From assembly GCF_018977255.1 (NCBI RefSeq), contig NW_024704743.1:4342001-4406000 (forward strand): 64,000 nucleotides of DNA, written 5' to 3'. Below are positions 63,916 through 64,000 of the stretch, piece by piece; position 1 is the stretch's first letter, and every line of letters starts with the position of its first letter. Below the pieces are notes generated by a model that did not search any database, had not been told where the DNA came from, and saw nothing but the letters and a program-made list of their open reading frames with translations. The position numbers were made by a program, and so were the translations under genes. This DNA comes from Callorhinchus milii (taxonomy: Eukaryota).

Positions 63916-64000
63916 AAGCACATCTGTTACCTCCCGCCTTCTCTCTCCACCCCCGCCCCCTCCAGCCGTAGGATAATCACTTTATTGGGCATGGAAGATA

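Noticed and set aside
1..64000. CRISPR array or prokaryotic operon
   Set aside because: Spliced vertebrate genes and dispersed retroelements; no regularly spaced repeat-spacer array.

Overview
Vertebrate genomic DNA. The Deu-domain SINEs, L2/CR1 LINEs and a shark-type Penelope tail suggest a cartilaginous fish (inference). The window holds two head-to-head genes in the same arrangement as human GTPBP4/LARP4B. GTPBP4 (NOG1) lies on the minus strand: coding exons 1-12 and part of exon 13 (16121 down to <1), with a GC-AG intron 4. The 5' part of LARP4B lies on the plus strand: a CpG-rich first-exon region at ~37.7-38.0 kb, the MTSDQD start exon at 51.3 kb, the PAM2w exon at 60.2 kb and the next exon at 62.2 kb. 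The main finding is a 3654-nt, repeat-free, 1218-codon exon inside LARP4B (55187-58840). It has its own strong-Kozak ATG and a phase-0 donor that joins in frame to the PAM2w exon. Its N-terminus (MGCCFSKE...DEKTSLL) mirrors the LAMTOR1 lysosomal anchor (myristoyl + palmitoyl + acidic dileucine), predicting a membrane-tethered giant isoform of an mRNA/PABP-binding protein. Other observations: AT-to-GC-shifted SINE copies near the GTPBP4 promoter, a degenerate Penelope hammerhead, SINE/L2 tail stem-loop variants, an unclassified repeat with a covarying hairpin, and a candidate divergent transcript. Exon boundaries were read by eye; repeat boundaries are approximate.
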